Under the pieces are notes generated by a model. That model had not been told where the DNA came from. It did not search any database and saw only the letters and a list, made by a program, of their open reading frames with translations. From positions 2,016,001 to 2,080,000 of the forward strand of contig OZ219787.1 in NCBI GenBank assembly GCA_964291285.2: a stretch of DNA of 64,000 nucleotides. The letters run 5' to 3'. Origin of the DNA: Alphaproteobacteria bacterium (GTDB lineage Bacteria > Pseudomonadota > Alphaproteobacteria > Bin95). Made by a program: the position numbers and the translations under genes. Shown here in pieces: positions 8,271 through 19,220 of this stretch. The number at the start of each line of letters is the position of its first letter. The stretch's first letter is position 1.

Positions 8271-9488
8271 ATGCTTTACGCGCTTCACGAGATGCAGCGC
8301 CTCGCCTGGGCGCCGGCGCGCATGATGGCCGAGGCCGGCCGGCAGGCGGCGTCCAATCCGCTCCACCCGATGTCCTGGCACCCAGCCGGACGCGCCGTCG
8401 GCGCGGCCTGCGAGCTGTTCGAGCGGGCGAGCCGCAAGCATGGCAAGCCGGAATTCGCCATTCGCCAGGTCCTGAGCGGCGACATTCCGCTTGCCGTGCG
8501 CGAAGAGGTCGTCCTTTCCACGCCGTTCTGCGACCTCCTGCATTTCGCGCGCGAGGGCCGCACGGGGGACCCCGCGGTGCTGGTGGTGGCGCCGCTTTCC
8601 GGCCATTTCGCCACCCTCTTGCGCGACACGGTGCGCGGGCTGCTCGCGGAGCATGACGTCTACATCACCGACTGGCAGGATGCCCGGCAGGTGCCGGCGA
8701 GCCGCGGCCCGTTCACGCTCGACGACTATATCGACACGCTGCTGGACTTTCTTGCGCGGCTCGGGCCGGACGTGCATCTCGTCGCCGTCTGCCAGCCCTC
8801 CGTGCCGGCGCTTGCGGCGACGGCGCTGCTGGCCGCCGCCGGCGAGGGCGCGCCGCGTTCGCTCGTGCTGATGGGCGGGCCGATCGACACCCGCGTCGGC
8901 GTCACGAAGGTCAACGACTTCGCCAAGTCGCACAGCCGGCGCTGGTTCGAGCAGATGCTGGTCCAGACCGTGCCGCCGCCCTATCCGGGCCTCGGGCGTC
9001 GGGTCTATCCGGGCTTCATGCAGCTTTCGGGCTTCATGGGCATGAACCTCGACCGCCATGTCGGCGCGCATCTGCGCATGTTCGAGCATCTGGTGACGGG
9101 GGACGGCGAGAGCGCCGAGGCCCATCGCCGCTTCTACGACGAGTATCTGGCGGTCATGGACATGCCGGCGGAGTACTTTCTGGAGACGGTGGAGCGGGTC
9201 TTCCAGGAACACCACCTGCCGCGCGGCCTGTTCACCCATCGCGGCCTGCCGGTGGATACGGCGGCCATCCGGGGCACGGCGCTCATGACCGTCGAGGGCG
9301 AACGCGACGATATTTCGGGCGTCGGCCAGACGGAGGCCGCACACCGCCTCTGCCCGAACGTGCCGGCGGAACGCCGCCGCCACCGCTTGCAGGCCCGGGT
9401 CGGCCATTACGGTATCTTCAACGGGCGCCGATGGCGGAACGAGATCCTGCCGGATGTCGCCGATTTCATTCGCGCCGCGCGAAGCTGA
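8271..9488 (+). CDS. phaZ: Intracellular polyhydroxyalkanoate depolymerase
   Basis: VAPLSGHFATLLRDTV, AVCQPSVP, GGPIDTR, VYPGFMQL, TVEGERDDISG, VGHYGIFNGRRW. Confidence 0.93.
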   Translation: MLYALHEMQRLAWAPARMMAEAGRQAASNPLHPMSWHPAGRAVGAACELFERASRKHGKPEFAIRQVLSGDIPLAVREEVVLSTPFCDLLHFAREGRTGDPAVLVVAPLSGHFATLLRDTVRGLLAEHDVYITDWQDARQVPASRGPFTLDDYIDTLLDFLARLGPDVHLVAVCQPSVPALAATALLAAAGEGAPRSLVLMGGPIDTRVGVTKVNDFAKSHSRRWFEQMLVQTVPPPYPGLGRRVYPGFMQLSGFMGMNLDRHVGAHLRMFEHLVTGDGESAEAHRRFYDEYLAVMDMPAEYFLETVERVFQEHHLPRGLFTHRGLPVDTAAIRGTALMTVEGERDDISGVGQTEAAHRLCPNVPAERRRHRLQARVGHYGIFNGRRWRNEILPDVADFIRAARS

Positions 9489-9503
9489 GGAGCCCGAACC
9501 CCG

Positions 9504-10427
9504 ATGAACGATGTCCTGCAGACCAACGAGCCGCGGGGCGTTGCGGTGGCAACCCTGACGCCCATGACGCCCGGTCTCGAGCCGGATTTCCAACGTTTCG
9601 CGGCGCATTGCCGGCGCATGCTGGAGTTGGGCGCCGACCTGCTGGCGGTTCTCGGCACGACGGGCGAGGCGAACTCGCTCGGCGTGGACGAGAAGCTGCG
9701 CCTCCTCGACGCCCTCGGCGAGTCGGACATCCCCGGCGAGACCCTGCTGCCCGGCACCGGCACCTGCTCCATCGCTGACACGGTGATCCTGACCCGGAAA
9801 GCGCTGGAAGTCGGCTCCGCCGGCGTCGTCATGCTGCCGCCCTTCTACTACAAGGGCGTGTCGGATGCGGGGCTGCATGCCGCCTACGAGGAAGTCATCC
9901 AGCGCGTGGGCGACCCGCGGCTCAGGATCTATTTCTACAACTTCCCCTTCAATTCCGGCGTGCCGATCTCGCACGGTCTGATCGAGGGCCTGCTTGCGGC
10001 CTATCCGGGCACGATCGCCGGGATCAAGGACAGTTCCGGCGACCTCGACAACATGCTGGCGATGTGCCGGCGCTTCCCCGGCTTCGGCGTGTTTGCGGGC
10101 TCGGAACAGTTCCTGTTGCCGGTGCTGGAGGCGGGCGGCGCCGGCTGCATCTCCGCGACGGCGAACGTCACCATAGGCCTCTGCGCCGAGGTGCTGGCCG
10201 CGGCAAGGGCCGGGGAGGATGCCGGCGCCCTTCAGGATAGGCTCTCCGCCTGGCGCCTCGCGATCCAGTCGCAGCCCCTGATTCCGGCGCTCAAGGCGAT
10301 CGTGGCCCGGGGCGCGGGCGACGATGACTGGCTGGCGCTCCGGCCGCCGCTTACGGCCCTGGATGCGGCGTCCGGCACTGCGCTCGACGAAGCGCTCGAG
10401 GCGGCCGGATTCGGCAGGGCGGCCTGA
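9504..10427 (+). CDS. Dihydrodipicolinate synthase family lyase
   Basis: LGTTGEANSL, MLPPFYYK, YNFP, GIKDSSGD. Confidence 0.9.
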   Translation: MNDVLQTNEPRGVAVATLTPMTPGLEPDFQRFAAHCRRMLELGADLLAVLGTTGEANSLGVDEKLRLLDALGESDIPGETLLPGTGTCSIADTVILTRKALEVGSAGVVMLPPFYYKGVSDAGLHAAYEEVIQRVGDPRLRIYFYNFPFNSGVPISHGLIEGLLAAYPGTIAGIKDSSGDLDNMLAMCRRFPGFGVFAGSEQFLLPVLEAGGAGCISATANVTIGLCAEVLAAARAGEDAGALQDRLSAWRLAIQSQPLIPALKAIVARGAGDDDWLALRPPLTALDAASGTALDEALEAAGFGRAA

Positions 10428-10501
10428 GGCGCGGAACGGGGCGGCGTCCGGCTTGCCGATCTGCGACAAATTGTGCTAGCAGGAAGCGGCTTTCGGCGGA
10501 G

Positions 10502-11458
10502 GTGCGCGTGCCCCTGAAAGGCCTGCTGCTTTGTCTCGCCGCTGCTTTGGCGGCAGCCATGCCGGGGCCTGTCCGGGCCGGTGACGCCTATCCGGACCGC
10601 ACGGTCGAATGGGTGGTCCCGTTCGGGCCGGGCGGCGGGTCGGACCGCTGGGCGCGCATCATGTCCTCGGCAGCCATCGACGCCTTCGGCCAAGCCTGGC
10701 ATGTGCGCAACCGGGGCGGGGAGGAAGGCCGGCTGGGCTGGCGCCACATGCTCGGCCAGCCCCCGGACGGCTACACCATCCTGCAGGGAAGCATGACGCC
10801 CGCCATTGCGGCGCTCAGGGACCCTGATTCCGACCTTGATCCGAAAGACCTGAAGATCGCTGCGTTCATCTCGTCGATCAAGACGCACCTGATCGCCGCG
10901 CCGGACTCGGAGTTCGACAGCTGGGACAAGCTGGCGGCCCGGCCGCCGTCCAGCGCGCCGCCGCGAATCGGCGGAACCTCCGCCGTGCTGCTGGCCGCCG
11001 CCACCGGCCTCGACAGGCTCGGGGTTCCCGCCGCGCTGCACCGCTATTCCGGCACGGGCGAGGCCGTCGAGGCGCTCATGGCCGGGCAGGTCGATATGGC
11101 CGCCGTCAGCACCTCGACCGTGTTTTCGCTCGCGGGGCGGGCGTCCGCCGTCATCAATCTCGGCGCGCGCGACAACACGCCGGCAATCAAGGAGAAGATC
11201 GGCGACGTTCCCTGGATCGGCGCGCTCGGGGCCGTCGGCGTCGGCGTTCCGCGCTGGGTGGGCGTTCACCCGGACACGCCGGATGAAGTGGTCGAACGTA
11301 TCTCCGACGGCGTGGGCAAGGTCCTTGCGGACAAATCCGTCATCAAGCTGATGGCCAAGCTCGGCGAGGAAATCCACTATCTGCCGCGAGACGCCGCCGC
11401 CGCCGCCTATGGTGAGCTGCTGGAACGCATGAAGGAGCTTCTGGACCGCATGCCGTAG
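10502..11458 (+). CDS. Tripartite tricarboxylate transporter substrate-binding protein (Bug/TctC family)
   Basis: Signal peptide, YPDRTVEWVVPFGPGGGSD, PDGYTIL. Confidence 0.85.
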   Translation: MRVPLKGLLLCLAAALAAAMPGPVRAGDAYPDRTVEWVVPFGPGGGSDRWARIMSSAAIDAFGQAWHVRNRGGEEGRLGWRHMLGQPPDGYTILQGSMTPAIAALRDPDSDLDPKDLKIAAFISSIKTHLIAAPDSEFDSWDKLAARPPSSAPPRIGGTSAVLLAAATGLDRLGVPAALHRYSGTGEAVEALMAGQVDMAAVSTSTVFSLAGRASAVINLGARDNTPAIKEKIGDVPWIGALGAVGVGVPRWVGVHPDTPDEVVERISDGVGKVLADKSVIKLMAKLGEEIHYLPRDAAAAAYGELLERMKELLDRMP

Positions 11459-11518
11459 GCGCCCGATTGCGTCTTCGCGCTATGGCGGCGCCGCCGGGTT
11501 TCGGTTAGCATCCGGGGA

Positions 11519-11953
11519 ATGAGCGCGAACGTGGAAGTGCCTCTCGCAGCGGACCTCGGCGAGTTGTCCCGTCTGGCGGAGGCCGTGGAGGATTTCGGCG
11601 GAGCGAACGATTTGCCGCCGGGTGCGGTGTTCAAGCTCAACCTCTGCTTCGACGAACTGATTACCAACGCCATTTCCTATGGTTTCGATGCGCCGGACAA
11701 GGCGGATCTCTCCGTGGCGCTCGCAGTCGAGGGCGGCGCCGTAGTCGCGGTAATTCGCGACAATGGCCGGCCCTTCGATCCGTTCACCGAAGCGCCTGAG
11801 GCCGATACCACCCTGGCAGTCGAGGACCGGCCTGTCGGCGGCCTTGGCGTTTTGCTCGTGCGCGAATCGATGGACGATTTCTCCTATGAGCGCCGCGATG
11901 GCTTCAATGTGGTCACGCTGCGCCTGAAACTCGACGGGCAGGAGACTCCGTGA
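11519..11953 (+). CDS. RsbW-like anti-sigma factor / Ser kinase (HATPase_c_2)
   Basis: DELITNAISYG, DNGRPFDP, RPVGGLGVLLV. Confidence 0.88.
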   Translation: MSANVEVPLAADLGELSRLAEAVEDFGGANDLPPGAVFKLNLCFDELITNAISYGFDAPDKADLSVALAVEGGAVVAVIRDNGRPFDPFTEAPEADTTLAVEDRPVGGLGVLLVRESMDDFSYERRDGFNVVTLRLKLDGQETP

Positions 11954-12795
11954 CGGAGGAACCCCGCCGCTCTTTCTTCAACGAGTCAATCGGCCGCGCC
12001 CCCGGATTCGGCAGGCTCGCCGGCAGGCGAATCCTGGTGGTGGGCGGCGGCCAGCGCGACATCGAGGACCCCGATCCCCCCATCGGCAACGGCCGGGCGG
12101 CCACCATCCTCTATGCCCGCGAAGGCGCCCATGTCGCCTGCGCCGATGTCTCCGGACCGGCCGCCGACGGAACGGTCGCCGCGGTCAAGGAAGAAGGCGG
12201 CCGCGCCTTCGCGATCGAGGCGGATGTCGCGGACCCTTCGGCGGTCGAATCCATGGTGTCGCTCGCCGCGGAGCGGCTGGGCGGGCTGGACGGGCTGCTG
12301 CTGAATGTGGGCGTCAGCGGTCCGCCGCTGGGCCTCGCCGGCGAGTCCCCGGACGAATGGGACCGCGTGATGGCGATCAACCTGCGCAGCCACATGCTGA
12401 CCTGCCGGGCGGCCCTGCCGATATTGGCCGACGGTTCCAGCATCGTGTTCATCGCGTCTGTTTCGGGCATGCGCCCCAATACAGCCAAACCGTCCTACGA
12501 TGCCTCGAAGACGGCGTTGAAGGGGCTTTGCGGCCATGTCGCGCAGGAGGGCCATGGGCGGGGGATCCGCGCCAATATCGTCGCTCCCGGACTGATGGAT
12601 ACCGCGCTGGGGCGCAACGCCAGCCGCCGGCGCCCTGCCCGGAACGCGAAACCCCTGCCGTTCGACCGCCAGGGGACCGGCTGGGAGACCGCTTACGCAT
12701 CCCTGTTCCTGATGTCGCGTGAAAGCGCCTATATCACCGCCCAGACCCTGGTCGTCGATGGCGGCCTGATCGACCTTTGGTGGCGAGCCGGTTGA
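11950..12795 (+). CDS. SDR family oxidoreductase
   Basis: GNGRA glycine-rich region, SYDASK catalytic YxxxK, IRANIVAPG, VVDGG. Confidence 0.9.
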   Translation: MTEEPRRSFFNESIGRAPGFGRLAGRRILVVGGGQRDIEDPDPPIGNGRAATILYAREGAHVACADVSGPAADGTVAAVKEEGGRAFAIEADVADPSAVESMVSLAAERLGGLDGLLLNVGVSGPPLGLAGESPDEWDRVMAINLRSHMLTCRAALPILADGSSIVFIASVSGMRPNTAKPSYDASKTALKGLCGHVAQEGHGRGIRANIVAPGLMDTALGRNASRRRPARNAKPLPFDRQGTGWETAYASLFLMSRESAYITAQTLVVDGGLIDLWWRAG

Positions 12796-12872
12796 CGGCC
12801 AGCGGCGCTGGAGCGCCGGCATGGCGGGTTCTATAAGTAGCTGGCAGATGGCAGGGCGCGGAAGGCGGTAGG

Positions 12873-14141
12873 ATGCTGGACCTCAGGTGGATAAGGGAGA
12901 GCCCGGAGGCGCTCGACCGGGCCTTGGGGCGACGGGGAGAACCTCCCGCCGCGGCGCAGGTGAACGCGCTCGACGCCGAACGGCGCGCCTGCCAGACCCG
13001 CTTCCAGGAATGCCGCCAGCGCCGCAATGCGCTCTCCCGCGAGATCGGCAAGGCCAAGGCGGCCGGTGAGCCGGCCGATGAGTTGATCGCGGAAGTCTCG
13101 CGCCTCAAGGATGAGGAGCGGGACGCCGAAGAGGCCGAGCGCAAGGCGGCTGCGGAACTGGACATGCTGCTTGAGGGCATGCCGAACCCGCCGGACGAGG
13201 ATGTGCCGGACGGTGCGGACGAGGCCGACAATGTAGAGCTCAGCCGGACCGGCGCGCGCCCCGAGTTCGATTTCGCGCCGAAGGACCATGTCGAGCTCGG
13301 CGAGGCGCTCGGCCTGATGGATTTCGAGCGGGCGTCGTTCCTGTCCGGCGCCCGCTTCGTCGTCCTGCGCGGCGCGCTGGCCCGGCTGGAGCGGGCGCTC
13401 GCTCAGTTCATGCTGGACGTGCACACGCAGGAGTTTGGCTACGAGGAGGTATCGCCGCCGACACTGGTCCGCAGCCCGGCGTTGTTCGGCACCGGCCAGT
13501 TGCCGAAATTCGAGCATGACCTCTTCAGGACCGACACCGGCCACTGGCTCATTCCGACGGCGGAGGTGCCGCTCACCAACATGGCGGGGGGGCGCATTCT
13601 GGCGGAGGAGGAATTGCCGCTGCGCTTTACCGCCTTCACGCCGTGCTACCGTTCCGAAGCGGGCTCGGCCGGGCGCGACACGCGCGGCATGATCCGCCAG
13701 CACCAGTTCCAGAAGGTCGAGCTTGTTTCGGTCGCCCATCCGGACACTTCGGCAGAAGAGCATGAGCGGATGACGCGGGCGGCGGAAGCGATTCTGGAAC
13801 GCCTGGAGCTTCCCTGGCGCCGCGTCATCCTCTGCACGGGAGACATGAGCGCGGCTGCGCGCAAGACCTACGATCTGGAAGTCTGGCTGCCGGGGCAGGG
13901 CGCCTACCGCGAAATCTCGAGTTGCTCCAATTGCGGCGACTACCAGGCGCGGCGCATGAATGCGCGCTTCCGCCCGTCCGGAAGCAAGGCAACGCGCTTC
14001 GTGCATACCCTGAACGGGTCCGGGCTGGCCGTAGGCCGGGCGCTAATTGCCCTGCTGGAAAACGGCCAGCAGGGCGACGGGTCGATTGTGCTGCCGCCGG
14101 CGATTCGTCCCTATATGGGCGGATGCGAGCGCCTTGAATAG
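12873..14141 (+). CDS. serS: Serine--tRNA ligase
   Basis: [62 protein letters not shown]. Confidence 0.98.
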   Translation: MLDLRWIRESPEALDRALGRRGEPPAAAQVNALDAERRACQTRFQECRQRRNALSREIGKAKAAGEPADELIAEVSRLKDEERDAEEAERKAAAELDMLLEGMPNPPDEDVPDGADEADNVELSRTGARPEFDFAPKDHVELGEALGLMDFERASFLSGARFVVLRGALARLERALAQFMLDVHTQEFGYEEVSPPTLVRSPALFGTGQLPKFEHDLFRTDTGHWLIPTAEVPLTNMAGGRILAEEELPLRFTAFTPCYRSEAGSAGRDTRGMIRQHQFQKVELVSVAHPDTSAEEHERMTRAAEAILERLELPWRRVILCTGDMSAAARKTYDLEVWLPGQGAYREISSCSNCGDYQARRMNARFRPSGSKATRFVHTLNGSGLAVGRALIALLENGQQGDGSIVLPPAIRPYMGGCERLE

Positions 14142-14841
14142 GAAACGTCGAGGAACCGCGCCGCATGGCGGGGCGGAGGCGCCCCCGACGCCGGGCGCCA
14201 CGCGCGCGCGGCTGCTGATGATGCTGCGCGGGTCCGGCGTTATCGACGAGAAGATACTTGCAGCCATCGAACGCACGCCGCGCGATGCCTTCGTTCCGGC
14301 GATATTCCGCGACCAGGCCTATGAGGACACCGCCTTGCCGATCGGCAACGGCCAGACCATCAGCCGCCCGAGCGTTGTCGCCTTCATGACGGCCATGCTG
14401 GCTCCGGGCCCGCGCATGCGCGTACTGGAAATCGGCACGGGGTCCGGCTACCAGGCTGCTGTGCTCACCTGGCTGTGCCGCAGGGTTTACACGATGGAAC
14501 GGCACCGGCCGCTTCTCTCGGAGGCCGAGGCGCGGTTCGAACGGCTGGGGCTCACCAACATCACCACACGCTGCGGCGACGGCGTGCGCGGCTGGCCCCG
14601 GGCGGGCCAGTTCGACCGTATCCTGGTTACGGCCGCGGCCGACGATGTGCCGACGGCGCTGGTGGAGCAGCTTGCCGATGGCGGCCGGATGCTGGTGCCG
14701 ATCCGCGAGTCCGATGGCGTGCAGCGGCTGGTCTGCCTGTCCCGGACAGAGCATGGCGTCGAGGTCGAGGCCTTGCGCGAAACGTCCTTCGTGCCGCTGG
14801 TCGGAGCCTATGACGAGCCGGCTTCGCAGGAGGCCGCCTGA
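14134..14841 (+). CDS. pcm: Protein-L-isoaspartate O-methyltransferase (start uncertain)
   Basis: [47 protein letters not shown]. Confidence 0.93.
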   Translation: MNRKRRGTAPHGGAEAPPTPGATRARLLMMLRGSGVIDEKILAAIERTPRDAFVPAIFRDQAYEDTALPIGNGQTISRPSVVAFMTAMLAPGPRMRVLEIGTGSGYQAAVLTWLCRRVYTMERHRPLLSEAEARFERLGLTNITTRCGDGVRGWPRAGQFDRILVTAAADDVPTALVEQLADGGRMLVPIRESDGVQRLVCLSRTEHGVEVEALRETSFVPLVGAYDEPASQEAA

Positions 14842-16010
14842 TGCGGGCGGTTGCCCTCCTCGCCGTGCTGCTGCTCTGCGCCTGCGGCTGGGTCGAAGTC
14901 GCCGACCCCGGCAAGCCGGAGGGGGCGCCCAGGGCCTCGGCCCCAAAGAAGGCCGTTGCGGAAGACGGCCGGATCCGGGTGCGGAAGGGAGACAGCGTCT
15001 ATCTCATTGCGAGACGCCACGGCGTTGCGATGCGCGACATAATCGAGCGCAACAGGCTGACGGCGCCCTACCATCTAAGGGAGGGGCAAATGCTGGTCCT
15101 GCCGGCTCCGCGCGAACATGTGGTGGAGGCCGGCGACTCCCTGTGGCTGATTTCGCAGCGATACGACGTGCGGATCGCGGCGCTGGTGCGCGCCAACGGG
15201 CTGAAGGAGCCCTATACGATCTACAGGGGAACGACGCTTCGAATCCCCAGGCGGACGGAACCGTCTCCTGAAGATGTTGCCGAGGCGCGCGAAGAACCGG
15301 CGCCCGGCCGCAAATCCCGAGCAGCAGGGACCGCCGCAAGCGCGCCGCCGGTTCCCAGACCGGCGCCGGTCGCGCTCGCGGAAGCGCCGCCGTCGAATGA
15401 GCCCGGCGCCGCGAGGTCCCGCGATGCCGCGCCCGTTCCAAGGCACGCCCCGGCCTCCGCCTCGACGCCCGCGCCGCGCAAGGAGGCAGCGGCGAAGGCC
15501 GCGCCTGACGCAGTGGTGGCGGCCAGGTCTTCACCCCGCCGGGCGGCAGCGGAGAAACCCGCGCCGCGAACCGTGGCCAAGCCGCCGGCCGCGCCGGTCC
15601 AGACAGCGCTCAAGCCGTTGCCGCCCCGCGCCGGACGGTTCCTGCGCCCCCTGACCGGCCCGGTCGTCACCGGGTTCGGACCGCAGCCGGACGGCCTGCA
15701 CAATGACGGCATCAACATAGCCGCGGCGCGCGGCGCGGCGGTGCATTCGGCGGAGGCCGGGCGGGTGGCCTATGCCGGCAACGAGCTTCCGGGATACGGA
15801 AACCTCCTGCTCATCAGGCATCGCGGCGGCTGGGTCTCGGCATATGCCCACAATGACCGCCTGCTGGTCGCGAGGGGAGACGAGGTCCGGCGCGGACAGA
15901 GAATCGCGCTGGTCGGCAGCAGCGGCCGGGTAACGACCCCGCAGCTCCATTTCGAATTGCGGCGGCAGGGACGCGCCGTCGATCCCGTTCCCCATCTCGC
16001 CGGCGGCTGA
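14841..16010 (+). CDS. nlpD: LysM x2 plus M23 peptidase lipoprotein (NlpD-like)
   Basis: Lipobox-like LLCAC, two LysM repeats, Pro/Ala linker, HNDGINI, YAHN, PQLHFELR. Lies downstream of pcm. Confidence 0.85.
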   Translation: MRAVALLAVLLLCACGWVEVADPGKPEGAPRASAPKKAVAEDGRIRVRKGDSVYLIARRHGVAMRDIIERNRLTAPYHLREGQMLVLPAPREHVVEAGDSLWLISQRYDVRIAALVRANGLKEPYTIYRGTTLRIPRRTEPSPEDVAEAREEPAPGRKSRAAGTAASAPPVPRPAPVALAEAPPSNEPGAARSRDAAPVPRHAPASASTPAPRKEAAAKAAPDAVVAARSSPRRAAAEKPAPRTVAKPPAAPVQTALKPLPPRAGRFLRPLTGPVVTGFGPQPDGLHNDGINIAAARGAAVHSAEAGRVAYAGNELPGYGNLLLIRHRGGWVSAYAHNDRLLVARGDEVRRGQRIALVGSSGRVTTPQLHFELRRQGRAVDPVPHLAGG

Positions 16011-16021
16011 GCGCGAGGAGT

Positions 16022-17170
16022 TCAGGTCCCGGCCAGGAAGTCCCGGATGACGAGCGCTTCGTCGAGCCCGGCTGCCACATAGTCGGGCTCCAGCGGCAGG
16101 GCGCGAGAGGAAAGGCGCACGATCACGACTTCGGCGCGCCGGTCCACATAGAGGTTCTGGCCGTGTATGCCGATGCCGAAGATCAGGGGGCTTTGGCCGC
16201 GCAGCACATAGCATTGCGAACGATAGTGCATCGGCCTGTCCGGAAGGAACGGAGCGAAATCTCCCGCATCCCAGGCCTCCGGGTCGCCATTGCGTTCGAT
16301 ATCGTCGATCCAGCGCTCGGGCAGCACCTGCCGCCCGTCCCGGCGGCCGTTCCCGACGATCAACTGTCCGATGCGGGCGAGGTCGCGGGCGGTGACGCAC
16401 ATGCCGCCGGCCGCGCGCGGCGCGCCCAGCCGGTCCACGGTGATGTAGGCCGGACGCCCGGCCCCGGCCGGGGCCCACAGCAGGCGGCCCATCAGGTCGG
16501 CATAGCGCTCGCCCGTTGCCCGCTCGATGACCCATGCGAGCAGGTCGGTATTGGTCGAGACGTAGTGGAAGCGCTGCCCGTGCAGCCCGTCCGTCCCTGT
16601 CAGTTGCGCATAGAAGGACCGAAGGTCGGAGGGCGGCTCGTCCGGTCCGGGCGGGTTCCAGCCCGTCGCGCGGCGATAGGCGATGATCGGCCCGTCGGCG
16701 GCCATGTAGTCCTCGTCGAAGAGTATGCCCACGCGCATGTCGAGCAGTTGACGCACCGTTGCGCCGCGATAGGCGGTGTCCCGGACCTCGGGCACATAGT
16801 CGGTGACGGGCGCTTCGGTATCGAGACGGCCGGCCTCCGCCAGGATGCCCGCCAGCAGGCCCAGCATGGACTTCGAGACCGACATCAGAATGTGGGGCGT
16901 GCCGGCCGTCATGCCTTCCGCATAGCGTTCCGCCACGATACGGCCGCGATGGAGCGCCAGCAGGGCGTCGCAGCTCCCGGCCATCCTGTCGAAACCCGGC
17001 AGCGCCGTCGGCGCCTCGGGCAGGGGGTGCACCGAGGCCGGGTCGTTCACGATTTCCGCCGAGGGGATCAGCTCCCGCACATGGCTGAAGGCCCAGCGGC
17101 TGAAGGGCGCGGTCCGCCAGTTTGCGAGAGTGACCTGTGCCTCCGGCGGAGGCGGGAAACGGTCCATCAT
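16022..17170 (-). CDS. Serine hydrolase, beta-lactamase family (6-aminohexanoate-dimer hydrolase-like)
   Basis: VTLANWRTAPFSRWAF, MSVSKS (SxxK), FHYVSTNTDLL, GIHGQ. Confidence 0.9.
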   Translation of the reverse strand: MMDRFPPPPEAQVTLANWRTAPFSRWAFSHVRELIPSAEIVNDPASVHPLPEAPTALPGFDRMAGSCDALLALHRGRIVAERYAEGMTAGTPHILMSVSKSMLGLLAGILAEAGRLDTEAPVTDYVPEVRDTAYRGATVRQLLDMRVGILFDEDYMAADGPIIAYRRATGWNPPGPDEPPSDLRSFYAQLTGTDGLHGQRFHYVSTNTDLLAWVIERATGERYADLMGRLLWAPAGAGRPAYITVDRLGAPRAAGGMCVTARDLARIGQLIVGNGRRDGRQVLPERWIDDIERNGDPEAWDAGDFAPFLPDRPMHYRSQCYVLRGQSPLIFGIGIHGQNLYVDRRAEVVIVRLSSRALPLEPDYVAAGLDEALVIRDFLAGT

Positions 17171-17202
17171 GTTTTTTGTCCCCTACAGTCTGGCGGCGCG
17201 GA

Positions 17203-18519
17203 TCATAGCGGGAGGCGCACGCGGACGCCGAGGCCGCCTTCGGGCGAGTTGCCCAGATGAATGTCGCCGCCATGGCTCTGGACCACGTCGCGCGCGATGG
17301 AAAGGCCTAGTCCGATGCCGCCGGGTTTCCCTCCCTGCGGGCGGTCCCGGCGGTAGAAGGGACGAAAGACCTTTTCCCGATCAGTGGCCGGCACGCCCGG
17401 CCCGTCATCGTCGATTCCGATCTCGAACCATTCGCCCTGCTCCCGGCAGGCGATCCAGACCTGGTTGCCGTAGCGCATCGCATTGTCGATCAGGTTGACG
17501 AGGCAGCGCCTGATGGCGGTTGCCTGCACGGGGATTTTCGGCGCGCTTGCGATGCGCAGGTCGATGGAGCCGCCGGCCCGGCGCGCGCCGGTCACAACGT
17601 CCTCGATCAGTTCGCCGAGGTCGGTCTCCACCGCCGCTTCGCCGCCTTCGCCGCGGGCGAACGCCAGATAGGCTTCCAGCATCGCCTCCATTTCGACGAT
17701 ATCGGTCTGCAGGCCGCGCGCGTCGTCGTCCTCCGGCAACAGGGCGAGCGCCACCTTCATGCGCGCCAGCGGCGTTCGCAAGTCGTGCGAGACGCCGGCC
17801 AGCATCTCCGTGCGCTGGTCTATCTGGCGCCGGATACGCTCGCGCATGCGGCGGAAGGCGATGGTCGCGCGGCGCACTTCCGAGGCCCCCGCCAGTTTCG
17901 GGTCCTTGGCCTCCCGCCCCTTGCCATAGGCGTCAGCCGCCTCCGCAAGGCGTCTGACGGGCCGGATCTGGTTGCGCATGAACAGCCCGGCCACCGCGAA
18001 CAGGATCATCGAGGTGCCCACCATCCAGAGCGCCCAGAAGGTCGTCGTCGAGCTGAACAGCCGCCGCCGCGGGGTGACGACATGCAGCACGCTCTCCTTG
18101 AGCTGGACCTTGATGACGATTTCGTCCTCGAAGGTGGTCGTATCGAACTGGAACGGTCGCCGCACGCGGTTGGTCAGCTCCCGCGCCAGCAAGGTGTCGA
18201 GGCCGCCCCTCGGCTCCGGCTGCGGGCGGTTCGGCAGGATGGCGCCCGGCGCGATGGTCGCGCGAAGGTCGGTGCGCTCGGCGAGCAGTACCAGCAGCGC
18301 CCCCTGCGCATCGGCGCCCGGGAACCTGTCCATCGCGTCTATGACAAGGCCGATCTCGCCCGCCACGCCGGCCGCCAGGCGCTTCAAGATGATGTGCCAG
18401 TGCCGTTCGTAGAAGATCCAGGTCGAGACGATCTGCAGCAGGATGAGCGGCATCACGATGATGAGCAGGGAGCGCGCAAACAATGTGCGCGGCAGGAAGC
18501 GGTCCAGACGCCCGGCCAT
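17203..18519 (-). CDS. EnvZ-like sensor histidine kinase
   Basis: Two TM segments, HAMP domain, VSHDLRTPL, NLIDNA, DDDGPG, GIGLGLSIA. Confidence 0.93.
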   Translation of the reverse strand: MAGRLDRFLPRTLFARSLLIIVMPLILLQIVSTWIFYERHWHIILKRLAAGVAGEIGLVIDAMDRFPGADAQGALLVLLAERTDLRATIAPGAILPNRPQPEPRGGLDTLLARELTNRVRRPFQFDTTTFEDEIVIKVQLKESVLHVVTPRRRLFSSTTTFWALWMVGTSMILFAVAGLFMRNQIRPVRRLAEAADAYGKGREAKDPKLAGASEVRRATIAFRRMRERIRRQIDQRTEMLAGVSHDLRTPLARMKVALALLPEDDDARGLQTDIVEMEAMLEAYLAFARGEGGEAAVETDLGELIEDVVTGARRAGGSIDLRIASAPKIPVQATAIRRCLVNLIDNAMRYGNQVWIACREQGEWFEIGIDDDGPGVPATDREKVFRPFYRRDRPQGGKPGGIGLGLSIARDVVQSHGGDIHLGNSPEGGLGVRVRLPL

Positions 18520-19220
18520 CAGTCGGGCCGCAATGCGTAGCCGCGTCCCCAGATCGTGACCAGATAGCGCGGGTGTTTGGGGTCGGGTTCCAACTTGCGG
18601 CGCAGCCGGGCGACCTGCACATCGACGGCCCGCCCGGAGCCGACGCTCATGACGGCGAGTTCCTCGCGCGAGACCGTGCCGCCGCCCCTGAGCGAGAGGG
18701 CGTTCAGCAGCACCGCTTCCGCCGGGGCCAGGCGGCGAACGCTGCCGTCCTCGTGCTCGAGGGACTCGCGCCCGGTGGTCCAGGCGAGCGGGCCGAAGCG
18801 GAGCGTCTCGCGTCTGGCGGTTTCGCGGCGGCGCAGGATCGTGCGGATGCGCAGCACCAGTTCGCGCGGCTCGAACGGCTTGACCATGTAGTCTTCCGCG
18901 CCCGCTTCGAGGCCGCGCACCCGGTCCTCGGGCTCGTCCATCGCCGTCAGCAGCAATATCGGCGTCGCGTTGCCGGATGCGCTCAGCGCCGCGCTGAGTT
19001 CGAGGCCCGACTCACCGGGCAGCATGATGTCCAGCACCACAAGGTCGAAGGCGACGCCGGCCATTGCGCGCCGGGCCGCCTCGGCCTCCTCCATCGCCGT
19101 GACCCTGAAGCCCGACCCTGAGAGGTAGCGCTTCAGGAGCGCGCGCAGCCGCTCGTCGTCGTCCACCAGCAGGATATGGGGAAGGTCCTGCGAATGAGCG
19201 GGCAAAATCGCTTCACGCAT
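18519..19220 (-). CDS. OmpR-family response regulator
   Basis: ILLVDDD, LDIMLPG, KPFEPREL, RAVDVQVARLRRKLE, TIWGRGY. Confidence 0.93.
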   Translation of the reverse strand: MREAILPAHSQDLPHILLVDDDERLRALLKRYLSGSGFRVTAMEEAEAARRAMAGVAFDLVVLDIMLPGESGLELSAALSASGNATPILLLTAMDEPEDRVRGLEAGAEDYMVKPFEPRELVLRIRTILRRRETARRETLRFGPLAWTTGRESLEHEDGSVRRLAPAEAVLLNALSLRGGGTVSREELAVMSVGSGRAVDVQVARLRRKLEPDPKHPRYLVTIWGRGYALRPD

